From Candidatus Nomurabacteria bacterium (GTDB lineage Bacteria; Patescibacteriota; WWE3; UBA101185; UBA10185), in assembly GCA_020631855.1 (NCBI GenBank), contig JACKGU010000001.1, positions 447,597 to 511,596 on the forward strand: DNA of 64,000 bases, written 5' to 3'. The translations under genes were made by a program, and so were the position numbers. The stretch's first letter is position 1; the number at the start of each line of letters is the position of its first letter. The notes under the pieces are model-generated. The model saw only the letters and a program-made list of their open reading frames with translations, was not told where the DNA came from and did not search any database. Shown one piece after another: positions 29,099 through 38,831 of the stretch.

Positions 29099-32000
29099 TT
29101 ACGCTGACTTAGACCATCTCTGGCGAAGATTTTGCATGGCTACGATGTTCCTAATCATTAATCGATACTCTATAGGGACTTCAATTGCCTTTTTACGGAC
29201 AAACCCTTTGTCCTGCATCTGAGCCAATAACTCCTTAAATTGTTGGTAAGTCAATGTCCTAGTACCATTTTCTCCATTAACTAAATTATCTTTAAGAGCA
29301 TTATAGGCGCTTAAAGCATGTGTTTCGGGGTTATTTCTAAAGTATGAATTTACAACTCCTTCTATAGGAGACTGTTCAACAGTAGTGTCTAGAGGAAGAT
29401 ATTTTTCACCATATTTGGAAAACTCCTGCATTATTACCTGCAAATATGAGGCTGTATCAGTTCTTCCTCTCAACCTTTGTCTTACTAACTCTCCTCCAAG
29501 TTGATTAAGCACTCCATACCTAATTCTAGTTGCTTCAGACCCTTCAATTCCACTTACTTCTAAACATCTAGCTATAAACCCATTAATGAATTGTGCGCCA
29601 TTACCTGATTTCAATAACTTAAACATCTCCACATCTCTTTCTTCTAAAGCCAGGTACATACTTCTATCAATTGCACCAAGCGACTGGCCTGAGGCTTCCG
29701 GATCAATCATATAATTACCAGCATGGGGGTCAGAATGAAAAACAAATACTTTTTCCCCTTCTGGGGTTGTTATGGGAGCAAAATCAAACTGATAATCGAA
29801 GAAACCCAACAAGTTGTCGACAACTTGTTGTTTAGTCTCACTGGAAATTTCAGAAGATGACAGGAACTTGTTGAGTGTGATCCCTTGATACTGATCTTCG
29901 ACCTTGACTTTTTTGGAGGTGTAGCGCCTTTCGGGGGCATCAATGGCAGTTTTTCCGCTTTTTTCATTGTATGATTGAACTGTTAACCTAAAGGCATCAT
30001 CACGCTCAGCGTAAGTAGAATCATTAATATCTCTGATACACCAGGTATTTGAGAGATCTAGCAATGACTCGGCTAGTCGAGCGTTTTGCCTAGTTTTTCC
30101 TCTAGTATTTTGCTCTACTTCACCTAATACCGTTGAACTGAAAGTGTAGGATAATCGAATAAATTCTTCAGCATTAGGGTTTAACATTTTAATAACTACT
30201 TTTTTTGAAGACCCATCTTCGGCTCGAATAGTCGCTCCATAAGTGGTAAAAAGACTCCCTCCTCCTAAATAAGAATCAAGTGAAATTAAATCCTCCTCTA
30301 ATAATCTGGCCAATTCAGGATCACTTTGCGCCTTGGATAGCAAGTTATCCCAAAAACGCAATTTTTCCATTCCTTTCATACTGTCTTGTGTTTGTGACAA
30401 ACGTTCACGGACAGCAGGTTCAAAATTTATAAGCTGAACTGCCATTTGCATACCTCTTACGAAAACCGGAGAAGTTTCTCCCGCTTTGATCATTGCTTCA
30501 GTAGCTGCAGGCAGATTGCTCACTATTTCAGTTTGCTCCTGACTATAAGCAGAAATTACTTGACCTTGTAAGTTCTCTAAGGTTTCGAAGTATGTAGAGC
30601 CGCTTTCTTGAGCTTGTTTGCCAATGACAGAATTAGGTTGATGATGATATCTAAAACCGAAATAGCGTATATTACGAGTTCCTGAAGTAAGAATTTGTGG
30701 CAGATCTTCCGAATAATCTTTGTTTTTCACCTTTCTGTAAACGTATTTCCCATCTTCCCTTTCTCTAAACTCCACATTTCGTAGCCTTCTCATATCAACA
30801 GAGTCGGTTTTGAGAGCCTGGAACATGAAGGGAATAAGCATCTGTGCAGCTGGCAACCCTACCACTTTTGCGTCACCTTTTTTGATAGCACTACTCAAAG
30901 CTGCCCTGAAAAACTCTTCTTTTAATCCCAAGCCATCAACAAGCATTCTCTCAAGTAAGTTGCGACCATCTTCAGAAACAAGTAACCCGTCTTGATCAGA
31001 CATAGCTTTTAGCGCGATTGCCAACTTTTGGCTATCTGGCAGATTTTTAAAGTAGTCAATGGTATCACTGAAAGTAGCGAAAGCCGACCTGCCAGACTCA
31101 GTTAAAATAAACTTTCCTGATTTCTTATCGTATTGAATGTCATTTTTTCGCCATTCCTTTTCACCGAGATAAGTCCTAACCCATTCAACAGCTAAATCAG
31201 TAGAGACTTCTCTTGCAACTTGACCACTACCAGAAGCAGTCTTGATTAAGAGATCTGCTTTTTGGGTTAAGATGGAACTAGCAATATCGGTTGTAGCAAC
31301 TCCATCTAGACTTTCCTCACCAGAAATATACTCAATTGCAAGCTCATCTAATCTCTGTTTAAAGGCTTGGTAAGTGGGTATATCTGTGATTTGCTCTGCA
31401 ACCAGAATGGCCCCTTCAAATCCAAGCAACTTATATTCCTTGAAATAAAAGTCCATCTTATCCTGAATCACAACTTCAGGGTCATTCAGGTATGCGGTAT
31501 TAAGGGCTTTTATCAATTCTCTACGTTGGGGACTGTAAGGAAAATTTTCATTTAATAACCCTACTAATGCTGGATAATCTTGTTGTCGAAGTTTTCCTGG
31601 CTCGGTTAGTCTATGCAACTCATCTCTCACAGGTTTTGCAAGTAAAACAGAGTAAACATCGTCTTCATACAAAGAAAATTTTGCATTAACTGGTCGCTGG
31701 CTATATTTGTTTTTAGCGTCCTTCACATAAGCCGCAAGATCCTGGATGTTCTCAAAATGTACTTCTTCTATTTGCTTAACTATCTCTTGGACAAAATGTA
31801 GTTGATAAAATCTATCAAAGTCCCTTATGCGATCTCTTTCGAAAACTCCATTCCGATCATCTTCATTTGCCAATTTAAACAACGGGTGACATAAGGCTAA
31901 AAGCTGGTATTGATCCATCGCACCTATGTCGGCATGGGTATCTCTCATGATAGATTCAACAAATACAAAAAGCTTTTCTTCGGAGGATGCAATGGTGTTG

Positions 32001-34189
32001 GTAACAAATTCAATTTTAGTACTAGTTCTCTCAATCTCTCCCTTTTTGCCAGCTTCAGCATAAAGCAACTCTCTATCTAAACTATATTCTTGAATCAGGT
32101 CATCAATCGTAAGCTTTCGTGGTTTCGGCTCTTCACCTTGCCCTGAAGCCTCAACAAACGAGCTTTTAAGATTTGCTCGCATTGAGTTCATGGCACTCCA
32201 CTTAGGATCACCATGCTCTCGCCAGTTCTTCATAGCAGAGTACCCGATTTTGTCTTGGACTAAAGACTCAAGATGTTTTCGTGCAAAGTCGTAATCATCA
32301 AGATAGGCAAGACCTACTGCAACGTATTGTGCTTTGGTTTCTGGATCTAATTCATGATCATAGGCGTATTTATTTAATAGTTGTTCAATATCCCATCTGG
32401 ATTTACCGTCAATTTGCTCCCTAAACTCGGCAGGGGTTGGCAAGGACTCTATTTCTTTTCCATCATCACGTCTAACCAACTCTTTTCCAAATATCTTTTT
32501 ATAAGCAGATTCGATTATTTGTCTATTGCCAGGTCCAATGTTTTTATCCTTTATGGGGAAATAATAAGAATTTGTTAGTGGTTCAAAGCCAGCCAATTTA
32601 ACCGCCTGAAAGATATCTTCAATTTGTTCCTGGTCCAACTCTCCATCCGGAACATCAGGCAAATAATATCGTTCAATATAGTCAAATAAAATATTTTTTA
32701 ACTCTTCATGTAGTTGAGCTGAGCGGTTTGAGTCATATCTCAATGAGTTTCCGTCTGAATCCACAAAACTACCATCCTTTGTGGTAGGGAGGTCTCCTTT
32801 AACTAAATTATTCACACTACCTAAAAACTGGGCTATAGAGTCCACATCCGTATAAAACACAGCGTCTTTATCAGTAAACTGATCAAATCGATAGTTTACA
32901 AAATAAACTAAGCTCCTGAGGGGATCGCCATTCCTCTCATAACCAAACAATTTTTGAGTTAACTCGCTGATTTTGCTATTTTGAAACATATGTTCTGCAA
33001 TTTGTGCGTAACCAGTAATTTCCGAAATGTCTTTGAAACTTGGTGACAAATGAGAATAACCTCTGGTATTTGTTAAGAAAAACATCTTAATTTCATTTTC
33101 TGACATTCCTTCAGCCATTAATCTTTGAACTACCAATGATCCGACTTTCTTAGCAACCTCTTTTTCCGTGTCTTTCTCTGGGTATACCTCGCTCAAGCCA
33201 TAATATGAGCCATTGTCAGCTACATCAAAAAAAGTGCCAAGGTCTCTTGGGTGCAGTTTTGTTAAATATTGTTCAACAGAGCCTAAATCATCCTTAACAG
33301 CAGCATCAATAATTGCTTCAAAATTAGTCATTCTTGGCTCTCTCCTTAATTCTGGAGGTAGCGGGGTGTAATCAAGATGACTTGTCTCGTAATCTTTTAT
33401 CGCATGGATTCCTAATTGTTGTATTGCTCTTAAGACAGGAGCCTGGTGTTCAGTTCCTCTGCGATTGCCAAAATGATCAGCTAACTTAGTAAGCACGTCT
33501 GCAGTGGCAGTGGACTTAAGACCTACTTTTTCTAGCAATTCTGGAGCTCCAAAATCAGAGGCCATTTCATGCAACCAATCAACACCCAATGAAGTACCTC
33601 GTTTTGCCTCTGCGTTAAATGCAGCTCTAGTAGTACCATTTGTCAAATGTTTAACCTCATGAGCCATAATACCCACTACCTCATCTAGGCTGTCGTAAAG
33701 ATTCATTAAGGATTGCGAAATGAAGATTGTCCCATCAGGATAAGCAAAGGCAGTGGGTTCCTGACCTTTGTTCATGATGACAACTCTTACTTTTCCTTCC
33801 CACTGTTGATTACCCTGAACCATTTTGTCGACATAATCTTGGATAATATCCGTCCTGGCACTACCCACCTCCAAGGCCTTAGTTGCAGACAAGTATTTAA
33901 ATTCTGCTCGAACTTGTTCGGTAATGTCCTTGTTAACTTTTTGCCCCTTACTATCTTCTGCCTCAAGAATTATTGGCTCTAAAACATCAATTTCCACTGC
34001 AGGGTTTGAGTTATATTCATTATCTAAATCAATCCTGACATGTTCGGCTTTGTTTTTGTTTCTACGCCCCCTAAACAACTCTGTGTTGGTAGACAGGGAA
34101 GTAGGCACCTCTTTTACTGATACTGCAGACGGAGTTTCCCCTTGTGGAGGGACACTAAGATTTTCTGGTAGAGATCCTTCAAAACTCAT
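29099..34189 (-). CDS. giant mosaic protein (1696 aa): N-terminal HEXXH metalloprotease-like motif + long central region + C-terminal ABC1/UbiB-type atypical kinase-like motifs
   Basis: Residues ~130-180: NKGQEPTAFAYPDGTIFISQSLMNLYDSLDEVVGIMAHEVKHL (zincin HEXXH in M48-like context). Residues ~1290-1520: LGGGSLFTTYGA (Gly-rich loop), VVIKMLNP (ABC1 VAVKVQRP-like), FVFHSDPHAGNYMID (ABC1 HADPHPGN catalytic loop), AIDRS. No signal peptide or TM seen. Confidence 0.75.
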   Translation of the reverse strand: MSFEGSLPENLSVPPQGETPSAVSVKEVPTSLSTNTELFRGRRNKNKAEHVRIDLDNEYNSNPAVEIDVLEPIILEAEDSKGQKVNKDITEQVRAEFKYLSATKALEVGSARTDIIQDYVDKMVQGNQQWEGKVRVVIMNKGQEPTAFAYPDGTIFISQSLMNLYDSLDEVVGIMAHEVKHLTNGTTRAAFNAEAKRGTSLGVDWLHEMASDFGAPELLEKVGLKSTATADVLTKLADHFGNRRGTEHQAPVLRAIQQLGIHAIKDYETSHLDYTPLPPELRREPRMTNFEAIIDAAVKDDLGSVEQYLTKLHPRDLGTFFDVADNGSYYGLSEVYPEKDTEKEVAKKVGSLVVQRLMAEGMSENEIKMFFLTNTRGYSHLSPSFKDISEITGYAQIAEHMFQNSKISELTQKLFGYERNGDPLRSLVYFVNYRFDQFTDKDAVFYTDVDSIAQFLGSVNNLVKGDLPTTKDGSFVDSDGNSLRYDSNRSAQLHEELKNILFDYIERYYLPDVPDGELDQEQIEDIFQAVKLAGFEPLTNSYYFPIKDKNIGPGNRQIIESAYKKIFGKELVRRDDGKEIESLPTPAEFREQIDGKSRWDIEQLLNKYAYDHELDPETKAQYVAVGLAYLDDYDFARKHLESLVQDKIGYSAMKNWREHGDPKWSAMNSMRANLKSSFVEASGQGEEPKPRKLTIDDLIQEYSLDRELLYAEAGKKGEIERTSTKIEFVTNTIASSEEKLFVFVESIMRDTHADIGAMDQYQLLALCHPLFKLANEDDRNGVFERDRIRDFDRFYQLHFVQEIVKQIEEVHFENIQDLAAYVKDAKNKYSQRPVNAKFSLYEDDVYSVLLAKPVRDELHRLTEPGKLRQQDYPALVGLLNENFPYSPQRRELIKALNTAYLNDPEVVIQDKMDFYFKEYKLLGFEGAILVAEQITDIPTYQAFKQRLDELAIEYISGEESLDGVATTDIASSILTQKADLLIKTASGSGQVAREVSTDLAVEWVRTYLGEKEWRKNDIQYDKKSGKFILTESGRSAFATFSDTIDYFKNLPDSQKLAIALKAMSDQDGLLVSEDGRNLLERMLVDGLGLKEEFFRAALSSAIKKGDAKVVGLPAAQMLIPFMFQALKTDSVDMRRLRNVEFREREDGKYVYRKVKNKDYSEDLPQILTSGTRNIRYFGFRYHHQPNSVIGKQAQESGSTYFETLENLQGQVISAYSQEQTEIVSNLPAATEAMIKAGETSPVFVRGMQMAVQLINFEPAVRERLSQTQDSMKGMEKLRFWDNLLSKAQSDPELARLLEEDLISLDSYLGGGSLFTTYGATIRAEDGSSKKVVIKMLNPNAEEFIRLSYTFSSTVLGEVEQNTRGKTRQNARLAESLLDLSNTWCIRDINDSTYAERDDAFRLTVQSYNEKSGKTAIDAPERRYTSKKVKVEDQYQGITLNKFLSSSEISSETKQQVVDNLLGFFDYQFDFAPITTPEGEKVFVFHSDPHAGNYMIDPEASGQSLGAIDRSMYLALEERDVEMFKLLKSGNGAQFINGFIARCLEVSGIEGSEATRIRYGVLNQLGGELVRQRLRGRTDTASYLQVIMQEFSKYGEKYLPLDTTVEQSPIEGVVNSYFRNNPETHALSAYNALKDNLVNGENGTRTLTYQQFKELLAQMQDKGFVRKKAIEVPIEYRLMIRNIVAMQNLRQRWSKSA

Positions 34190-34446
34190 AACTTCATTAT
34201 GCCATAATGACTAAATTAGCGAAACATGAACAAGTGCCATAAGATATATCACGAGCCCTGAGCCACTGTGGCCACTTTTGTGGGGCGTTTGCTGCCTGGT
34301 TGGAGAAGTTATACCTCCGGAGCTTTTAAACCGCTTCTTGGGGACGTTGTGAAGAACGAAAAACCAAACGTTTTAATAGCTTAACCTGCATTTCTATAAA
34401 CACCAAAAGTTTGATAACAATAAAACGATGTAGCTTTTTCATAAGA

Positions 34447-35337
34447 TTATCTGATAGTGGCTCTACTAACTGGTCCATCTAACTCATTGGAGAAGCTAAT
34501 GAGTTGACCGCCATTGGTAAAGGCAATGCTGATATTTGGCGTTTCTGTGGATTCGTAGACCTTAATGCAGGGAACGCCGTTGCCGTTGTAATACAAGCCT
34601 TCAATGTCCTTATTTAAGTCCTCACTGCAGGTTTCAAGCGGTTGGTTATGCTGGATTGTTTGCGCTTCACCCCTCCAAATGAAAAAATAATTTACCCTAT
34701 CATTACCACCGTCTTTTTTGCCAGTTTCCAGTGCCAATTTACTCAGATCAATGTTGCCAATAGACGAGGAATGTTTGGCAATAAAGGCTTTGGCAATTTG
34801 TTCCACCTCTTCCTGAGAGTAGTTAGCGGAGTAATCATACTCTTTGCCCTCACTAAACCAGCGACTGCCATCAGTCCTGTATCCCCAGGTTCCAGGAGTT
34901 TCTTCTACCTGCAAAACATGATTAGTTTCAGGATCCACAATAAAGTAAGTTAAGCCAACAGTATAGGTTTCACCTTTGGCAGGAACAAACTTGTCTTCCT
35001 CCAAGCTATAAAAAGCATTACTGCACTCATATTCCACTTCCACGGTCGGCATTTCCAAGAATTCACGAATAGAGGCAATAGCTTTTTCTCGCTCATCTAC
35101 CGGCCGAGCGGTCAGAGAACACAACTTTTCTTTTAATTCTTTGGTGGCTTGAGCGGTGTGGTCCCGATATTTTGGGTTGGTACTAAGCTTTTCTGTGATC
35201 TCTTTGATCTCCTGGATCTTTTGATCCTCAACCTGTTGTGCCTGAAACGACTGGTATTTTGAGCGTACGACATTAAGACCAAAGACGATTACTGTCAGAA
35301 GTAAAGCTGTGATTATTAAACCTTTTATGATTTTCAT
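34447..35337 (-). CDS. membrane-anchored hypothetical protein
   Basis: 296 aa. N-terminal signal anchor MKIIKGLIITALLLTVIVFGLNVV, then a hydrophilic extracytoplasmic domain. No motif recognised. Confidence 0.45.
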   Translation of the reverse strand: MKIIKGLIITALLLTVIVFGLNVVRSKYQSFQAQQVEDQKIQEIKEITEKLSTNPKYRDHTAQATKELKEKLCSLTARPVDEREKAIASIREFLEMPTVEVEYECSNAFYSLEEDKFVPAKGETYTVGLTYFIVDPETNHVLQVEETPGTWGYRTDGSRWFSEGKEYDYSANYSQEEVEQIAKAFIAKHSSSIGNIDLSKLALETGKKDGGNDRVNYFFIWRGEAQTIQHNQPLETCSEDLNKDIEGLYYNGNGVPCIKVYESTETPNISIAFTNGGQLISFSNELDGPVSRATIR

Positions 35338-35370
35338 ATAAACCTCCTTTCAGAGTGTTGGGATGTTAGC

Positions 35371-35712
35371 TTGGGTGGTCCCAAAATGTCAAATTCAAAT
35401 TATTTCTTTCACCTGGCTAAATATAACATAAATGATGACAAGGAGTCCGTGTTGAATGTGACTGAGAGTCACTACCCTAAAGACATGGGTAAACCAATTT
35501 CACACCAACACATTCTCAAAAAATTTGGAGCTAAACTGCAGAAAACCAGGAAAAGCAAAGGGGTCACTCAGGAAGAACTAGCGTTCAAGATGTCCATGGA
35601 CAGAACCTACATTGGTATGATTGAGCGTGGGGAACGCAACCCTACTATACGAACACTGTACAAAATTGCCAAGGCTTTGAAAGTTGATTCTTCAGAATTG
35701 TTGCCGTTTTAG
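35371..35712 (+). CDS. XRE-family helix-turn-helix transcriptional regulator
   Basis: GVTQEELAFKMSMDRTYIGMIERGERNPTIRTLYKIAKAL is a Cro/C1-type HTH. Divergent from the upstream minus-strand gene (cI/cro-like arrangement). Confidence 0.8.
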   Translation: MGGPKMSNSNYFFHLAKYNINDDKESVLNVTESHYPKDMGKPISHQHILKKFGAKLQKTRKSKGVTQEELAFKMSMDRTYIGMIERGERNPTIRTLYKIAKALKVDSSELLPF

Positions 35713-35720
35713 CTTATACT

Positions 35721-36362
35721 TCACCACTCGTTTGGTCCTACAGTTCCAGAAGCGTTTAACGATTGAATTGCAGTTCCTGTGGCTAATGAAGCTAGAGTAC
35801 TTGGTGGGATCAGTTTCTCGACTTCAACGGGCATAATCGGTAATTGTTCCTTGTAGAAACGCCACACTTTTACTTTAAGAACATCGTTTCTTTTCAAATC
35901 TTCATAATATTTCTTTACAGCCTCTTCTAAATCCTTAACTGCCCACCCTAAATGAAGCATGGTCCCTCTCTTGTTTTGAGTCAGATGAATAGATTTGTTT
36001 TTATCCAAATCGCCTTCATGATACAAAACAAAGTGGTGGGGAGAATAATAGTGTGTCAACGACCAACGCAAGTCTTCAATTTTTTGCCAATCGTACTTGT
36101 TCATGTACTTTTGGATAAACTCTTTAAACCTGGCTTTTGTATTACTCGGTTCCGTTAAACCTGTATATAAACCACCAAAATATTCAATAGCACAACACCA
36201 TAAAATAAAAGCTCCCACCAACGCTCCGTTATCATCACAGGTTCCGTCTTTGCTCATTCTGCAACACCGGCGGATGTCGCCAATAGACCAGTCGATTATC
36301 CTATCAAAATGTGCATCTATGTATGCTTTAGCCAGTTGGATTTCACCCTTCTTAATATTCAT
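35721..36362 (-). CDS. hypothetical protein (downstream gene of two-gene cassette)
   Basis: 213 aa, Cys-rich N-terminal region (RRCCRMSKDGTCDDNG...WCCAIEYFGG). No known family recognised. Confidence 0.45.
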   Translation of the reverse strand: MNIKKGEIQLAKAYIDAHFDRIIDWSIGDIRRCCRMSKDGTCDDNGALVGAFILWCCAIEYFGGLYTGLTEPSNTKARFKEFIQKYMNKYDWQKIEDLRWSLTHYYSPHHFVLYHEGDLDKNKSIHLTQNKRGTMLHLGWAVKDLEEAVKKYYEDLKRNDVLKVKVWRFYKEQLPIMPVEVEKLIPPSTLASLATGTAIQSLNASGTVGPNEW

Positions 36363-36364
36363 AT

Positions 36365-37204
36365 TTATTTGCTTAACTTCAAAAAATTTATAAAAACTCG
36401 ACCGAAGCCGGTATTGATGTATCCTCCAGGGTAATCAAACTGATCTGGTCTTTTGCCCTTATAAAGCTCGTCAGCTGTAGGGGCTTCAGCAACCATGGGC
36501 GAGCTAACTTTCATAGGCTGTATCAATGATTCTGACTGGAGCCGTTGGATTGATCGATCGATAACAGCCTCATCTATTGCGCGGTCCTTAAGCAAAGTAC
36601 AAATAGAGTCGCGAGTAACACCTTTTGCCCCATTGCCACCGTTTTTGGGCAAGTTAGAAAGAAAATGTTGGTCCATTGTTTTGAGAACCAGCAAATCAAC
36701 ACTATCAAGATTCAGCAACGTTGATAGCACTAAATCTTTTGTCTGAGGGTGAACATCTAAATTTTGCAGAGCAGTGGCCACAAATTCTGCAATAACTTCA
36801 TCAAAACCTCTTCCTGGATGAGTCAGTAGTTTTCTGGTAATGTCCTCTAGTCTAAAAACGATTGAATCTTCAAAATAGTCAACTGCTTCCTGCTTAAGTT
36901 CAACCCCATTAAGCCTTTTATTTATATGCTCAATGCACGAGTCAATTTCAGCCTCACGCTTTTTGTTGATTTTTTCATCTACATAATCTTTCCAAGTTCC
37001 CAGAGTCAGTTGGTAGAAAGGGAAGATGTACTGTGCCAGATTGTGGAAGAAGTGACCGGTTAAACTAACAACCTCTTCCTTATTATCAACAGTAGCATTA
37101 TCCAGCACTTTACCCACTGACTGAGCTAAATTCCTTTGCTGGCGAGGCATTAATGATTGGTTGTTATCTTGACTCATAAATTGACCGTAGTGTAACAAAA
37201 GCAA
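36365..37204 (-). CDS. hypothetical protein (upstream gene of two-gene cassette), weak HEPN-like Rx4H motif
   Basis: 279 aa. Contains ITRKLLTH (R-x4-H). 3-nt spacing to the downstream gene. No other motif recognised. Confidence 0.4.
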   Translation of the reverse strand: MLLLHYGQFMSQDNNQSLMPRQQRNLAQSVGKVLDNATVDNKEEVVSLTGHFFHNLAQYIFPFYQLTLGTWKDYVDEKINKKREAEIDSCIEHINKRLNGVELKQEAVDYFEDSIVFRLEDITRKLLTHPGRGFDEVIAEFVATALQNLDVHPQTKDLVLSTLLNLDSVDLLVLKTMDQHFLSNLPKNGGNGAKGVTRDSICTLLKDRAIDEAVIDRSIQRLQSESLIQPMKVSSPMVAEAPTADELYKGKRPDQFDYPGGYINTGFGRVFINFLKLSK

Positions 37205-37320
37205 ACTGTTCTTACCAGATAATGATTACTACTCGTCACTATATGTTGGTATAAATCACCACTTAATTTATTGAGACTTACAGTGTGTTTTGCCTAGACT
37301 TTTAGTCAGCAGAACATACT

Positions 37321-37587
37321 ATGACTAGAAAATTTGACGCTTCTACTAACGATTCCCATTTTTTGAGCTATGACATTGGTTTGGCAGCTGCTTTAGCTAC
37401 CCTTCATTTTGAGTTGATCTCCTTGAACCGGGACAATCCCAGAAAAATAGGCTTTATCTTTTCTCGCACTCCTGAGCTGGAACAAGCCACTCAGGAGTAC
37501 TTTGCTGGTCGGTTATCAGTGGATGCCCGGTCGTTCTTTGAAAACATCAAAATGCCTAAAAACAGAATTTTCTCATCAGCAATATGA
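37321..37587 (+). CDS. hypothetical small protein (first gene of phage-like overlapping operon)
   Basis: 88 aa. Its stop overlaps the next start. Confidence 0.35.
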   Translation: MTRKFDASTNDSHFLSYDIGLAAALATLHFELISLNRDNPRKIGFIFSRTPELEQATQEYFAGRLSVDARSFFENIKMPKNRIFSSAI

Positions 37588-37778
37588 AGATCAGTGAAGC
37601 CCAACTCACCAGCTTCAAAGCTTTATACAAACAGCATTTTGGTGAGGAGTTGAGCCGGGAAGACGCTTTAGAGAAAGCTCTCAAATTGGTCCGAATGATG
37701 CAGCTGGTTTATAAGCCAATGACCAAAGAGCAATACCAACAAGTTATCAAACGCCAGCAACAAATTTTTAACTTATGA
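37584..37778 (+). CDS. hypothetical small protein
   Basis: 64 aa. ATGA-type overlaps on both sides (translational coupling). Confidence 0.35.
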   Translation: MKISEAQLTSFKALYKQHFGEELSREDALEKALKLVRMMQLVYKPMTKEQYQQVIKRQQQIFNL

Positions 37779-38524
37779 AAGACAGAGCCTTTAACATTAA
37801 AGATGAATCCAGTGACAAAGCCTACTTTTCTATTGTACCTAATTACATCATTAACCACTCCAGTTTAGAGGAAAGAGGCTTTTATTTAACCCTTAAACGC
37901 ATCGCTGGTGAGCATGGTGCTGTTTACTACTCAGCCAGAGAGTTGGGCGCTAAGTGTGGTATCAGCAAAAACACCGTCTACAGGTTATTGAGGTCCCTGC
38001 TTAAAAGAGGCTGGATAAAAGAATCCGGCACTATTCCCGCCAAAACTAAACCTCGCATGACCTACTCAATTGTTGATTTATGGCAACTCAATACAGACTT
38101 TTATCGCTCGCAAAAGATTGTCCCATCAGAGGGACAATCTCAATTAAATAAACAGATAGTTACAGCAGAGGGGCAAACATCGTCCCAAATGAGGGACACA
38201 AAAGAAGAACCAGGTAAAGAAGAAAATAATTCCGCTGAGAAAGTTCAAAAGAAAACCCGCTCGACTAAGTGCCCCAATCCTCATGGTCATCACCGTTGCA
38301 TTGAAAACATTCACTCAGTCGAATTGGAGTTTGGCAAAAAATTCGTCAATTTTCCTAAACAAATCAATGCTCTGCACAAATTGTATAAAGCAGGTTTTGG
38401 TGATGAGCAGATCAATCACTGTCTTAACGCTATGGACAAGGATCCATTTTGGAGCGAGCAGGGCTGGGACTTGATGAATGTGGCCAATACCCTGAGTAAA
38501 GGAGGTAAAAAATATGGCGTTTAA
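37775..38524 (+). CDS. HTH/winged-helix DNA-binding protein (phage replication/regulatory-like)
   Basis: ARELGAKCGISKNTVYRLLRSLLKRGWIKESG HTH segment. C-terminal part has Cys/His-rich KCPNPHGHHRC. Confidence 0.45.
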   Translation: MKDRAFNIKDESSDKAYFSIVPNYIINHSSLEERGFYLTLKRIAGEHGAVYYSARELGAKCGISKNTVYRLLRSLLKRGWIKESGTIPAKTKPRMTYSIVDLWQLNTDFYRSQKIVPSEGQSQLNKQIVTAEGQTSSQMRDTKEEPGKEENNSAEKVQKKTRSTKCPNPHGHHRCIENIHSVELEFGKKFVNFPKQINALHKLYKAGFGDEQINHCLNAMDKDPFWSEQGWDLMNVANTLSKGGKKYGV

Positions 38525-38831
38525 AAAAGATCAACCAGCCGATAAACAACTTAAGACGGTCCCAGAGGTGTTAATAGACAATCAAGAGTTGGCTTTAAGA
38601 AGAAGGGCGTGGAGTCAGTATTACAGTAAAGTCAGAAGGTCCACTACTTGCAGGCGATTTTTTAAGATGAAAGCAGCTTTTAAAGCAGGCAATATGAAAC
38701 TCTTTTGGACACTCCATAGGCAAAACCATCAGGCATTAGTTGAAGATAGAGCTATGGCCACTCCGCCTTTTCCGGATCCGGATATAGAAATGGTTTATGG
38801 TCGCTTAGGCAGAAAGGAAAACTATGAATGA
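38514..38831 (+). CDS. hypothetical protein
   Basis: 105 aa, overlapping neighbours on both sides. Confidence 0.3.
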   Translation: MAFKKDQPADKQLKTVPEVLIDNQELALRRRAWSQYYSKVRRSTTCRRFFKMKAAFKAGNMKLFWTLHRQNHQALVEDRAMATPPFPDPDIEMVYGRLGRKENYE

